In this document: one piece after another, positions 37,837 to 47,575 of the stretch
Position numbering within the stretch: the first letter of the stretch is position 1
Layout of the letters: every line of letters begins with the position of its first letter
NCBI GenBank assembly: GCA_029210775.1
Contig: JARGGI010000002.1
Span: forward strand, 12,478 to 76,477
Origin: Patescibacteria group bacterium
GTDB lineage: Bacteria; Patescibacteriota; Minisyncoccia; JAHIHE01; JAGLIN01
Direction: 5' to 3'
Length of the DNA: 64,000 nt
Notes under the pieces: model-generated
Told to the model about the DNA's origin: nothing
What the model saw: the letters and a program-made list of their open reading frames with translations, nothing else
The model's database searches: none
Position numbers and translations under genes: made by a program

Positions 37837-38781
37837 TTATATCATTTTCAAAACTTTCTCAATGTCCCTCACACTTTCAACTTTCACCAATTCTTTTCTA
37901 ATTTCTTTTGCATTTTCAAATCCTCTAAAATACCAAAGAAGATATTTTCTCATTTCCACAATTCCATGTTTTCCCTTGCTTTTATACGACATCTTGGCGT
38001 GCCTTGTGGCAGCTTTTTTGATTTCATCAATTCCAAATTCTTGATATTCCCCTTTTTTTAAAAGTTCTTTTGATTGAGAAAAAAGCCATGGTTTTGTAAG
38101 CGCGCCCCTTGCAATCCCAATGCCGTCAGCTCCAGTCTTCTCAAGCATTTTTTTTGCGTCTTCAGGATTATTTATCCCTCCATTTGCCAAAACTGGAATC
38201 GAAACAATAGATTTTATTTTTTTAATTTGAGAATAATTTATATCTCCCGCAAATCCTTGCTTCAAACTTCTTCCGTGAATCATAATAGCTGAAATCGGCA
38301 AATCTTTTATCTTTTTTATAAATTTATATGCTGTCACATTGCCAACTTTTGCTCTGATTTTAATCGATACGGGAAGATTTGTTCCTTTTAGAGTTTCTTT
38401 TATAATCTCTCTTACTTTTTCAATATCATTCATAAGCGCCGCACCACTTCCATTTGAAAAAACTTTTTTTGCCGGACAGCCCATATTTATGTCAATTCCA
38501 TCTGGTTTTATTTTTTCAGTTATAACCCTTGAAGCATTCTTAAAATATTTCGGATCATTTCCAAAAAGTTGAACAATATATGGTCTTTCTGATTTTTCAA
38601 ATCCCAAAAATTCAATTGTTTTTTTTCCTTCAAAATTCAAAGCTGTTGCACTCGCAAGCTCTGAATATACAACATCCGTACCATAAGCTTTGCATATCTG
38701 ACGGAAAGAAGAATTTGTATATCCTGCCATCGGAGCCAACGCAAAAATCGGCTTATTTATTTTTTTCCAGAAATTTTTCAT
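37837..38781 (-). CDS. dus: tRNA-dihydrouridine synthase
   Basis: ALAPMAGYTNSSFR...DINMGCPAKKV... TIM-barrel Dus signatures. Confidence 0.9.
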   Translation of the reverse strand: MKNFWKKINKPIFALAPMAGYTNSSFRQICKAYGTDVVYSELASATALNFEGKKTIEFLGFEKSERPYIVQLFGNDPKYFKNASRVITEKIKPDGIDINMGCPAKKVFSNGSGAALMNDIEKVREIIKETLKGTNLPVSIKIRAKVGNVTAYKFIKKIKDLPISAIMIHGRSLKQGFAGDINYSQIKKIKSIVSIPVLANGGINNPEDAKKMLEKTGADGIGIARGALTKPWLFSQSKELLKKGEYQEFGIDEIKKAATRHAKMSYKSKGKHGIVEMRKYLLWYFRGFENAKEIRKELVKVESVRDIEKVLKMI

Positions 38782-38924
38782 TTTAATTTATTTGTAAATA
38801 CAAAATTTTTTGTTATTTTAACTGTCTACTAAGCAAGTATATTTGTTCTAAAATCTTTTTTTTCAAATAATTCAGATCTTTATCAAATCTCTTTATCTCT
38901 TTATCTGCTCCATCCTACAAAATG

Positions 38925-38965
38925 TATAACTTTTCTCACGACCGTGAGAAAAGTTATACATATAT
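38925..38965. promoter_or_regulatory. 19-bp-arm perfect palindrome (ATGTATAACTTTTCTCACG-AC-CGTGAGAAAAGTTATACAT)
   Basis: Read directly between the stop of 39006-40442 and the start of dus. It is either a strong hairpin terminator or an operator. Confidence 0.4.
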
Positions 38966-39005
38966 TATTTATTTTATCTTGCTATCGAGGTTGAACCTCC
39001 TTGTT

Positions 39006-40442
39006 TCATTTCTTTACTACAATCATAGCAATTCTAATTTTCTCTATCTTCTTATGAAAACCAGTTGGATAATCAAGTAAAGCATTTTCTAAAATGTCCT
39101 CATCATAACGATATTTTTCTCCGTTTCTTGTGCCTGGATCATTTGTTATAAATTCACTTGTGGAAAAATCATATCCCATAACGACAAGATAGTGCGTTAC
39201 TGGCCCTGGTGACGTATAGTTGGGATTATAAAGCAATTGACCATGAGTCGGAACTAAAATCAGATTTCCACGAAGGAGTTCTTTTTTTATATCTTCTTTA
39301 TCAACGTCATACCTAACTTCTATATTATCATATTTAAAATAACCTCTGAAAATAACCTCTGAAACATCAAAAGCAGAAGCATCGTGAAATGTTCCAATAG
39401 CTTCTACTTCATATGTAGAAATTTTATCAATTTCACTGTCTACATATTTTGAATCAAGTTTTTTGCCATCAACCCACGCCATAGCCATAATCGCTGCCAC
39501 TTCTTCACAGCCATCTTGTTTTCTTGGATCATCCCAATTTCCATATGGAGCTTGAGATGAAAAAGGAACATCAAGCAAAACATTTTTTTCTTCAGTAGTT
39601 TCTCTATCATTTGGATCGTCTTTGATGTCCTCATTATCAAGAAGCAAATTTTCATTTTCATCTTTTGAAACTGGAATATTATTTTCTTTTTGTAATTCCC
39701 CTAAAGAATCTTTAAAAATTATATCATCATTTTGATTCTCATCCTCTAAAATTTCATAATCATCTTGAATATCCCAACTGTTTTTACCATCTCCTGAAAT
39801 TGGAATTTTCTCCCCCAAAAACTTTGGCTTAGTGTGAAAATTTACATTCAAAAAAGCTTTTACTTTTGAAAATATTTCTCGCACTTTATTATAACCGATA
39901 TTAGCATACAAATTTCTATCAGCGCTAAAACCATAAGTTTCTATGCCAAGTCTCTTCCCAATATAAACAGCTCTTGGTAAGTGAAAATTCTGTGTGGAAA
40001 TTGTTACTGATGAGATTTCAAAGATTTCTTTTGCTCGATATAAACTGTCATAAGTGTCAAAGCCTGCGTGATCTAAAAAAATATTTTCACTTTCAACTCC
40101 TTTTTTCAATAAATAGTCCTTTGCCGTATTTACTTCGTCATAATCTTTTTTCCCGTGATCACCGCTTATCAAAATTTTTTTTGCTTTTCCATTTTGATAT
40201 AAATCAAATGCGGTCTCAACGCGATCTTGAAACATACCACTCATAACACCTTGGTCATATACTTTTGCACCCAAAACAAGAACAACTTCTGTCTCTGGTA
40301 AGTCATTTATATTTTGAAAAATATAAGAATCACTATTTTGCCCAATATAAAAATTTATTGCTAAAATGGCAAATATCGTTGCTATCATTCCTATTCCAAA
40401 GAAAAGAAATGTTTTTTTATTACGAAAATTTATTTTTTTCAT
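39006..40442 (-). CDS. Fusion protein: N-terminal TM anchor, SanA/YdcF (DUF218) domain, and a C-terminal peptidase-C39-like (YvpB/BtrH-type) domain
   Basis: VLVLGAKVYDQGVMSGMFQDRVETAFDLY...ILISGDHGKKDYDEVN...DHAGFDTYDSLYRAKEIF aligns with SanA. LDVPFSSQAPYGNWDDPRKQDGCEEVAAIMAMAW matches the C39-like catalytic Cys region. Confidence 0.6.
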   Translation of the reverse strand: MKKINFRNKKTFLFFGIGMIATIFAILAINFYIGQNSDSYIFQNINDLPETEVVLVLGAKVYDQGVMSGMFQDRVETAFDLYQNGKAKKILISGDHGKKDYDEVNTAKDYLLKKGVESENIFLDHAGFDTYDSLYRAKEIFEISSVTISTQNFHLPRAVYIGKRLGIETYGFSADRNLYANIGYNKVREIFSKVKAFLNVNFHTKPKFLGEKIPISGDGKNSWDIQDDYEILEDENQNDDIIFKDSLGELQKENNIPVSKDENENLLLDNEDIKDDPNDRETTEEKNVLLDVPFSSQAPYGNWDDPRKQDGCEEVAAIMAMAWVDGKKLDSKYVDSEIDKISTYEVEAIGTFHDASAFDVSEVIFRGYFKYDNIEVRYDVDKEDIKKELLRGNLILVPTHGQLLYNPNYTSPGPVTHYLVVMGYDFSTSEFITNDPGTRNGEKYRYDEDILENALLDYPTGFHKKIEKIRIAMIVVKK

Positions 40443-40493
40443 AAACCAAACAATAATGATTTGAAACTAAACTTAAATTTTTTATGCTAAGGA

Positions 40494-43061
40494 CTATCTC
40501 AACAACTCTATACCCTTCTTCATACAAATATATTTTACAACTTCAAACCAAATAATACTTAAGATTCCAGCAGATAGAGCAATTATTATATCATGCGGAT
40601 GCATAAAATCAAAATGGAAAATATCTCGTAGTGACGGATAATAGAGAGCGACAGAAAGAAAAAGTGTCGCACCCAAAAGCACTGCCGAAAGAGCTTTATT
40701 TTTATTTCTAAACGAAGAAATTATATTCTTTGACCAAGAACGATTTGTTAAAATTAGAAATATATTAGAGATGATCAAAGTCACAAATGCTAAAGCTCTT
40801 GCCTCTCCTTCTGTCTGTCCAATTTTAAGCGCTATCAAAAACACCAAAGCCACTGCCAACAATGAAAATAATCCTTGCAATAAACTCAAAAATAATATAT
40901 TTTTACCAAAAAGTGAATTTTTAGGATTTCTTGGAAACCGCTTCATTATATTTTCTTCTTCTTTTTCTGCTTCAAAAACAATTGAGCAAGCTGGATCAAT
41001 TATAAGTTCCAGAAAAACAATGTGAACAGGATAAAGAACAATCGGCCAACCAAATAAAACTGGAAAAAATGATATTCCAGCAATTGGAATGTGAACGCTT
41101 ACAATATAAGCCATCGCTTTTTTCAAATTATCATAGACTCTTCTCCCAGTTTTCACCGCCTCAACTATGGTTGAAAAATTATCATCAAGAAGAACAAGCC
41201 CAGAAGATTCTCTTGCCACATCAGTTCCTCGCTCTCCCATTGCAACTCCAATATGTGAAGATTTGAGAGCTGGAGCGTCATTCACTCCGTCACCAGTCAT
41301 TGCCACAATTTCTCCATTTGATTTAAGCGCATTCACAATAAATAATTTTTGCTCAGGAACAACTCTGGAAAATATGTTTATTTTTTTAATCTTTTCTTGC
41401 AACTCAAATGGATTCATTTTTTCAAGTTCAGCTCCCGTAATTGCTTGATCGGAATTTTTTAGTCCGATTTGTTTGGCGATATTTTGAGCAGTTGAGGAAT
41501 AATCCCCAGTAATCATTATCACGCGAATTCCAGCACTATAACATTTTCTGATTGCATCTGGAACAGAATTTCTAATAGGATCAGCAAGTCCAATTAATCC
41601 TATAAACTCAAAGTCAAAATCATGTTGTGAGGAAGGAAGTTTCTCATTTTCACAATAAGACTTTGCAACGCCAATTACTCGCAAACCATCAAGCGCCATC
41701 TTGTCAACGCATTTCATTATCTTTTCCTTTTTAATTAAATCAAAATGGCACAAATCAATTATAGCTTCTGCCGCTCCCTTCGCCGAAACCGTGCAACCAT
41801 CTTTCTCATTCATTCCCCAAACATGAGAAAGAGCAAGCAATTCTCTTGAAAGAGGATATTCTTTTTCAAGCACCCATTTTTTATGAACATGTTCTGTGTT
41901 ATATAAAATCTTTTTTCCCAATTCATTTAATGCTTTTTCCATCGGATCAAACGGATCTTTTTTGCTCGCCAACATTCCATATTCAATAAGCTCATGAAAA
42001 TTTTCTGATAACTTATTTTTATTATCTTTTTCCAAATCACAAAATTCACTTCCATTATAAATCTTTTTGATGGACATTTTATTTTGTGTCAAAGTTCCAG
42101 TCTTATCAACGCATAAAACAGTTGCTGCTCCCAAGATCTCAACCGCTGAGATTTTTCTTGCTAAAACTTTTTTCTGAGCAATTCTCCAAGCGCCAAGAGC
42201 CAAAAATATCGTCAAGACAACTGGAAATTCTTCTGGAAGCATTGCCATCGCCAAAGTAATCCCTGACAAAATCCCAGTAAGCCAGTCCCCTCTTTGAAAT
42301 CCATAAAACAAGACAATTGAAAGACAAAGAATAACAACTATAGCAAAAATATCTCTAACAATTTTTTTAGTTTGTTTTTGAAGAGGCGTTTGCTCATCCT
42401 TGATGCTCTCCAAAGCTTTACCAATTTTTCCCATCTCAGTTTTAATTCCAGTTGCAACAACGCGAGAAATCGCCTGTCCCTGAACCACTAAGCTACCTGA
42501 AAATAAAAAAAGTAGATCGTCCCTTTCTAATTTGTTATATTTTTCATCTTCATTTTCCGCAGAATTTTTTCTGACAGGCACTGACTCTCCAGTTAAAAGA
42601 GATTCATCGACAAGCACATTCCTTTCCCACAAAATCACCACATCGGCTGGAACCCTGTCTCCTTCATTTAAAATTATAATATCATCAATGACAATTTCTC
42701 TCCCTGCAATTCTTGAGTGTTTTCCATCTCTAATAACCAATGCTCGAGGACTCGACATATTTTTCAACGCATCCAACGCTTTTTCGGTTTTATTTTCCTG
42801 GTAGACAGTAATCCCAATCACAACAAAAACAAATCCTAAAAGCAAAATTGCTTCTTGAACATCTCCCAATAACAAATATACCAATCCTGCCAAAACTAAA
42901 AGCAAAAACATTGGTTCTTTAAAAACTTCAAAAATAATTTTTTTTATATTTCTTTTTTCAGAAGATGGAAGCTCATTATAGCCATCTTTTTTTAATCTAT
43001 CTTTAACTTCAGTGATAGAAAGACCTTTTAAATTTTTTATTTCAGATTCTGATAAAGACAT
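40494..43061 (-). CDS. Cation-transporting P-type ATPase (P2-type, Ca2+/PMCA-like)
   Basis: DKTGTLT phosphorylation motif, TGDGVNDAPAL, and about 10 TM helices. Confidence 0.9.
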   Translation of the reverse strand: MSLSESEIKNLKGLSITEVKDRLKKDGYNELPSSEKRNIKKIIFEVFKEPMFLLLVLAGLVYLLLGDVQEAILLLGFVFVVIGITVYQENKTEKALDALKNMSSPRALVIRDGKHSRIAGREIVIDDIIILNEGDRVPADVVILWERNVLVDESLLTGESVPVRKNSAENEDEKYNKLERDDLLFLFSGSLVVQGQAISRVVATGIKTEMGKIGKALESIKDEQTPLQKQTKKIVRDIFAIVVILCLSIVLFYGFQRGDWLTGILSGITLAMAMLPEEFPVVLTIFLALGAWRIAQKKVLARKISAVEILGAATVLCVDKTGTLTQNKMSIKKIYNGSEFCDLEKDNKNKLSENFHELIEYGMLASKKDPFDPMEKALNELGKKILYNTEHVHKKWVLEKEYPLSRELLALSHVWGMNEKDGCTVSAKGAAEAIIDLCHFDLIKKEKIMKCVDKMALDGLRVIGVAKSYCENEKLPSSQHDFDFEFIGLIGLADPIRNSVPDAIRKCYSAGIRVIMITGDYSSTAQNIAKQIGLKNSDQAITGAELEKMNPFELQEKIKKINIFSRVVPEQKLFIVNALKSNGEIVAMTGDGVNDAPALKSSHIGVAMGERGTDVARESSGLVLLDDNFSTIVEAVKTGRRVYDNLKKAMAYIVSVHIPIAGISFFPVLFGWPIVLYPVHIVFLELIIDPACSIVFEAEKEEENIMKRFPRNPKNSLFGKNILFLSLLQGLFSLLAVALVFLIALKIGQTEGEARALAFVTLIISNIFLILTNRSWSKNIISSFRNKNKALSAVLLGATLFLSVALYYPSLRDIFHFDFMHPHDIIIALSAGILSIIWFEVVKYICMKKGIELLR

Positions 43062-43233
43062 AGGATTAAATTGTTAAATTATTAAATTGTTATTCTCAGT
43101 GATTTGGTTTCGTTGATTACTTTCAAAACATCACCTATATTCTATCAAAATAAACTGATTCTGAACATTGACATATTTTTTTTATTTTTTATAATATTAT
43201 TGTCTAAAAAAAATCTAATTTTTAAATAAAAAT

Positions 43234-44235
43234 ATGCAAAATCCAAATAAAAAAATAATAACTCTTGTTTTATCACTTGCTTTTTTTAATCTTATTGCGT
43301 GGACCGGTTTTTCATTTTATAACCACGATCAAAATCAAAAATTACAAAATATAAACAATAAATTAGACTCGTTTGAGAATAAATGGGTTTCAAAACAACA
43401 ATTTGACGCTTTAGTTGAAAAATCAAAAAAATCAAGCAACGAGCTTGATAGCCTAATGGAAGCTTTTGCCGAAATTCAAAACAAGCCAAAAGAAATTATT
43501 CGCCAAGAAATTATTAAGCAAAAGTCACAGGACGAAATTCTGACTGAAGCAGTGCAAAAAATAACCCCAACTGTAGTTTCAATTGTTATAACAAAAGATG
43601 TGCCACAACTTGAAATTGTTTATATCAATCCTTTCGGAGATGATCCATTTTTTCAAGATTTTGACATCAAAGTTCCAAGATATAGACAAAAAGGAACTGA
43701 AGAAAAGAAAGTGGGAGCAGGAACAGGATTTCTGATAAATAAAAACGGTTATATATTAACAAACAAGCATGTTGTCAATGACGAAGAAGCAAAATATACA
43801 GCTCTTCTTTCTGACGGAAGTCAAAAATCAGCTATCGTAATTTATAAAGATGAAAAAATTGATATAGCCATAATCAAAGTTGAAGGGAGTGGATTTTCAC
43901 ATGTTCAATTCGGTGATTCAGACTCTCTCAAGCTTGGACAATCTGTTTTTGCCGTAGGAAATGCACTTGGAGAATATAGTAATTCCGTATCCACTGGAAT
44001 AATCTCAGGACTAAATCGAGATCTCACTGCATCAGGATCAATAGGAAGCGAAAAATTAGAAGGCGTAATTCAAACCGATGCTGCCATTAATCCCGGAAAT
44101 TCCGGCGGACCACTTGTAACATTAGAAGGGAAAGTTATTGGAGTTAATGTCGCTACAGTAATAGGATCAAATAATATCAGCTTTTCAATACCAATAAATG
44201 AAATAAAGAAAATTATAAATTCAGTAATTAAATAG
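43234..44235 (+). CDS. Membrane-anchored trypsin-like serine protease (S1C/HtrA-like, no PDZ domain evident)
   Basis: GAGTGFLINKNGYILTNKHVV (His), DIAIIKV (Asp) and GNSGGPLV (Ser) catalytic motifs. Confidence 0.85.
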   Translation: MQNPNKKIITLVLSLAFFNLIAWTGFSFYNHDQNQKLQNINNKLDSFENKWVSKQQFDALVEKSKKSSNELDSLMEAFAEIQNKPKEIIRQEIIKQKSQDEILTEAVQKITPTVVSIVITKDVPQLEIVYINPFGDDPFFQDFDIKVPRYRQKGTEEKKVGAGTGFLINKNGYILTNKHVVNDEEAKYTALLSDGSQKSAIVIYKDEKIDIAIIKVEGSGFSHVQFGDSDSLKLGQSVFAVGNALGEYSNSVSTGIISGLNRDLTASGSIGSEKLEGVIQTDAAINPGNSGGPLVTLEGKVIGVNVATVIGSNNISFSIPINEIKKIINSVIK

Positions 44236-44343
44236 TTTATCCAAATAAACAAAAAACAATAAGCAACCCAAAAAGAACTATTCTTTATTAGAAAAAAATT
44301 ATTGAAAATAAATTGTTAGATACTATTATGATCCTAAAATGTC

Positions 44344-44742
44344 CTATTCGCTCGTCACTCCATCAAACTCAGCTCCGTTGTCTTCTGCCTCTTTCTTTGT
44401 AGCCCTAATGACACCATCTTTATGATGCGCTGGAGAATAGATTGTATAGAGTTTCAAATCTTCTGTATCTGACATATTGATAACATTATGTTCAGCGCCA
44501 GTAGGCACAACAATTGCAGAGCCATCGCCAACTTCATATTCGTTTCCATCAATAATCACTTTTCCAATCCCCTTTTCAAAACGGAAAAATTGATCATTTT
44601 CAGAATGAACCTCCATACCAATTTCCTCATTTGGTTTCAAGCTCATCAAAACTAACTGGCTATGTTTTGATGTGTATAACACCTTGCGAAAATTATCGTT
44701 TTTTAAGGTGTCTTTTTCAATATTTGCACTAAATCCTTTCAT
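44344..44742 (-). CDS. Cupin-domain protein
   Basis: GMEVHSENDQFFRFEKGIGKVIIDGNEYEVGDGSAIVVPTGAEHNVIN is a cupin_2 two-motif pattern. Confidence 0.65.
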   Translation of the reverse strand: MKGFSANIEKDTLKNDNFRKVLYTSKHSQLVLMSLKPNEEIGMEVHSENDQFFRFEKGIGKVIIDGNEYEVGDGSAIVVPTGAEHNVINMSDTEDLKLYTIYSPAHHKDGVIRATKKEAEDNGAEFDGVTSE

Positions 44743-44992
44743 ATATTTAAAGTTAATTATTAACCTATTTTAATTTTAACAGAATTAACTTTACTTGTAA
44801 AATAAAAACACATAAGCGCGTGTTTTGAAATATTAGGAAATTGAAGATTAATTTTTATTTATCATTGGGTCCATGGTGAAACGAAGCGAAGGAATTGCTT
44901 TTTATCTCACATGATTACTCGATATAATTACATTTAACCAAAAGAAATTCTCTAACCCCTTCCCTGTTTGAATCCCAACATTTTTATCAAAA

Positions 44993-45030
44993 TAAAAAAT
45001 ACATACAAAAAAGTATGTAGTTTTTTATTT
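44993..45030. terminator. Hairpin with a T-run on both strands (bidirectional terminator-like) downstream of tRNA-Ser
   Basis: TACATAC-AAAAAA-GTATGTA flanked by T-runs. Confidence 0.4.
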
Positions 45031-45119
45031 GGCGGAGAGGGAGGGATTCGAACCCTCGAGACCTTTGACAGCCTACCACCTTTCCAAGGTGGCGCACTCG
45101 GCCACTATGCGACCTCTCC
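45030..45119 (-). tRNA. tRNA-Ser (anticodon GGA) with encoded CCA
   Basis: Manual fold: acceptor GGAGAGG/CCTCTCC, anticodon stem CCACC/GGTGG with loop TTGGAAA, long variable arm, T-arm GAGGG-TTCGAAT-CCCTC, then G-CCA. Confidence 0.85.
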
Positions 45120-45138
45120 AATATGTTTATTTCCAATT

Positions 45139-45393
45139 TTAATCAATTAAACTTTTAGTTAATCTTTTTCTTAAATCCTTTCTGCCATCGCTACTTTTCA
45201 GATATTTTTCTCTGGCGAGCATTTCTTCTTTAAAATTATACGCTTCATAGCAAATTAAATTTACTGGTAATCTATTTTTTGTTGATTTAACCTTGCCATT
45301 TTTATGCTCATTTATTCTTCTTATTAAATCTTCTGATGAACCAACATAAAAATTTTTATCTTTAAGGCTTATCAATATATAAACATAATACAT
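45139..45393 (-). CDS. Small GIY-YIG (URI-domain) endonuclease
   Basis: MYYVYILISLKDKNFYVGSSEDLIRRINEHKNG...NLICYEAYNFKEEMLAREKYLK is a GIY-YIG signature. The longer ORF-track version (to 45546) adds an N-terminus that overlaps the pseudo-tRNA and is probably spurious. Confidence 0.7.
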   Translation of the reverse strand: MYYVYILISLKDKNFYVGSSEDLIRRINEHKNGKVKSTKNRLPVNLICYEAYNFKEEMLAREKYLKSSDGRKDLRKRLTKSLID

Positions 45394-45423
45394 AATGTAT
45401 AAAATTAACAGTGATTCTCCCAG

Positions 45424-45544
45424 CATTCGCTGGGCGTCCGGCGTATGCCGGACGAACCCTCGAGACCTTTGACAGCCTACCACCTTTCCAAGGTGGCGCA
45501 CTTTTGTCCGTCGAATGACTGGACGACCACTATGCGACCTCTCC
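45424..45544 (-). other. Rearranged partial copy (pseudo-tRNA) of tRNA-Ser(GGA)
   Basis: The 5' acceptor, anticodon arm, variable arm and first T-stem strand are near-identical to the 45030-45119 tRNA. A 21-nt insertion replaces the D-loop. The T-loop and 3' acceptor are replaced by two GC-rich hairpins (GTCCGGC-ATAC-GCCGGAC and CCCAGC-GAAT-GCTGGG). Confidence 0.6.
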
Positions 45545-45620
45545 AAATTAACTTATAACCGATAACTTATAACTAATAATAAATTAAATATATAACTATT
45601 TTTGTAATTTGTAAACAAAA

Positions 45621-45648
45621 CAGAGACGCGATTAATCGCGTCTCTGCG
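45621..45648 (-). terminator. Intrinsic terminator of the 45678-47408 gene (12-bp perfect GC-rich stem followed by TTTTGTTT)
   Basis: CAGAGACGCGAT-TA-ATCGCGTCTCTG followed on the minus strand by a T-run. Confidence 0.6.
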
Positions 45649-45677
45649 GTAAATAAATTTGAATTTTAGAAATTTTA

Positions 45678-47408
45678 TTATATCTCTTTCTCTATATCTT
45701 CAATCTCTTTTCTAATGAAATTTTCAGCGATTTTCAGATTATCTTTAAACTTTTTCTTAATTTTTTTCTCTTCTTTAGTTAATTTGCGCTTAGAGCCGAT
45801 TTTTTCAAGACTCTCAAGCTGTTCAGCCATATCTTCATAGAGAGCGCTAAAAGATTTTTCCAGGATATCTTCCGCCTCGTGAACTTCTTTTCTTAGTTTT
45901 CTTTTTGATAACTTTACTTTTTTAATCATAAATAATACAAAGAAAGATAGAAATAAGAGCGAGCTAATAAGAACTGAAATAACAACCATCAAATCTTTTA
46001 CAATGATTTTCAATTTGCTTAAATTAGATTCTTGGACTGAAATAAAAATTTCTTTGGATTTTTCAGTTTTAAGTCCAAGTTCATTAACGGCTTCTATCCA
46101 TAGTTTGTAAACCCCGGTTTCTAATTTATGCTCTTCAATAAAAACAAAATTTCCATACTCATTAGCATTTATTTTATGGGAAACAGGCATTTCCGTGTTT
46201 TTTTGAGTCCAAATTTCTAAAGAGGCGTTTGGATAAGTGCTGCCTTTAACAACAAGAAAGCTGTTTGTGGTCAATTCTGATGAATATTCTTTTATCTTAG
46301 GAGGATCAAGGGCTTTAATCTCAATTTCTTTAAAATCCGCGATAAAATTTCCGGCATTGTCAAAAACTTTTACAGCAATGTTATGTTTTCCCGGATCAAG
46401 AATGGGCAAATCATAAGTCTTGGATTCACTATCCGGAAAAAGTAGCGTTTCATAATTATCTATTTTTACTTCAAAACGATTTATTCCCGAAAGATCATCG
46501 TTGGCTGAGAATTTTGCTTTCAGCCCTTCTTTTAAAAGTTCTTCTTTTGAAGAAAAGTTTATTATAAAATCAGTTGGCACTTTTGTATCAACATTAAACC
46601 TAAAATGGCTTATAGCTCCCCAGCCGCTTACATTTTTAAGGCGAAGATGAAAATATCCGATACCATCTTCAATGTTTTTAAATTGCTTTTCCGAAACCAA
46701 GCCATCGGAGATAGAACCAGGATTTGATAAGGGTTGATCATTAATTAAAAAACTTACTCCGGTTATATCATTTGTTATCGCCCATAAAAACTTCGGACTT
46801 TCATTATTATACCACTCATTCGGATTAGGATGAGTTGAGGAATAAACTATCGGAGCGGGCGGAGTTTTGGCGCTTGAAGAGGGAGTGGTAGAAACAGGAG
46901 GAGTTGGAGTAGAAACTACCGATTCAATATTAAATCTTGCGTTGCTGAAACCGGAAAAAATGTTAGTTCCCTTGCCGTCATTCGCTAAAATAGACCCCGA
47001 CGAAAAACTGACCACGGCATCGCCGGCCGCTTTGGTTGTAAAATTTATGGAAATCATTTTTCCAGCCGAACCGGTAAAGCCAGGATTTAAAACGATTCCT
47101 TCAAAACTTACCGTTCTGGCGCTATTAGAAAAAGACGGCTCCTGCGTCCATAAATTGACGACAGAACCGCTTTTTGAAATTGATACTACGCTTAACTTGT
47201 CTGTTGGAAACAAAATAGTGCCTTGTGCGGCGTTCATTGCTTGTTCTGCGCTTGATACAAAAACATTGACCGTAAAACTTTGCCCTATTTTATAGGATCC
47301 CGAAGCAGGCGAGAGATATAAAGAAGCACCCGTTGCTAAACTTTCAGAAGAATAAAACAGCTGTGCGATAAATAACGCAAAAATCAAAATTATTGTTTTT
47401 ATTTTCAT
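45678..47408 (-). CDS. Membrane-anchored surface protein with an N-terminal cohesin-like domain, Ig-like modules, a C-terminal TM helix and a coiled-coil cytoplasmic tail
   Basis: Signal peptide, then YKIGQSFTVNVFVSSAEQAMNAAQGTILFPTDKLSVVSI...ANDGKGT (cohesin-like beta-sandwich pattern). TM helix VVISVLISSLLFLSFFVLFMI followed by a KK-rich charged tail. Confidence 0.5.
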   Translation of the reverse strand: MKIKTIILIFALFIAQLFYSSESLATGASLYLSPASGSYKIGQSFTVNVFVSSAEQAMNAAQGTILFPTDKLSVVSISKSGSVVNLWTQEPSFSNSARTVSFEGIVLNPGFTGSAGKMISINFTTKAAGDAVVSFSSGSILANDGKGTNIFSGFSNARFNIESVVSTPTPPVSTTPSSSAKTPPAPIVYSSTHPNPNEWYNNESPKFLWAITNDITGVSFLINDQPLSNPGSISDGLVSEKQFKNIEDGIGYFHLRLKNVSGWGAISHFRFNVDTKVPTDFIINFSSKEELLKEGLKAKFSANDDLSGINRFEVKIDNYETLLFPDSESKTYDLPILDPGKHNIAVKVFDNAGNFIADFKEIEIKALDPPKIKEYSSELTTNSFLVVKGSTYPNASLEIWTQKNTEMPVSHKINANEYGNFVFIEEHKLETGVYKLWIEAVNELGLKTEKSKEIFISVQESNLSKLKIIVKDLMVVISVLISSLLFLSFFVLFMIKKVKLSKRKLRKEVHEAEDILEKSFSALYEDMAEQLESLEKIGSKRKLTKEEKKIKKKFKDNLKIAENFIRKEIEDIEKEI

Positions 47409-47475
47409 AATTAAGTTTTATGTATTTGTCTAAACATTGTATTTTAAAATCTCCCGAATTATTATCTATCATTAA

Positions 47476-47522
47476 AGTCTACTCAGCAATTTTCCCTCTT
47501 CCCGCGGGGAGAGGGAGAATTG
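47476..47522. repeat. GC-rich 19-bp-arm imperfect palindrome (GCAATTTTCCCTCTTCCCG / CGGGGAGAGGGAGAATTGC)
   Basis: Read directly. It resembles the GGGGAGG hairpin inside the 11246-11407 MITE. Confidence 0.4.
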
Positions 47523-47575
47523 CTTGGCAAGCTTGGTGATGGAATATAGTTTAATGTGGTTCAAAGGGATAATTT

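Noticed and set aside
45394-45546. N-terminal 50-aa extension of the GIY-YIG ORF in the ORF track (MERSHSGRPVIRRTKVRHLGKVVGCQRSRGF...)
   Set aside because: It overlaps the GC-rich pseudo-tRNA-Ser copy. The GIY-YIG domain begins at the internal Met (MYYVYIL), so the extension is read-through of structured RNA-like DNA.
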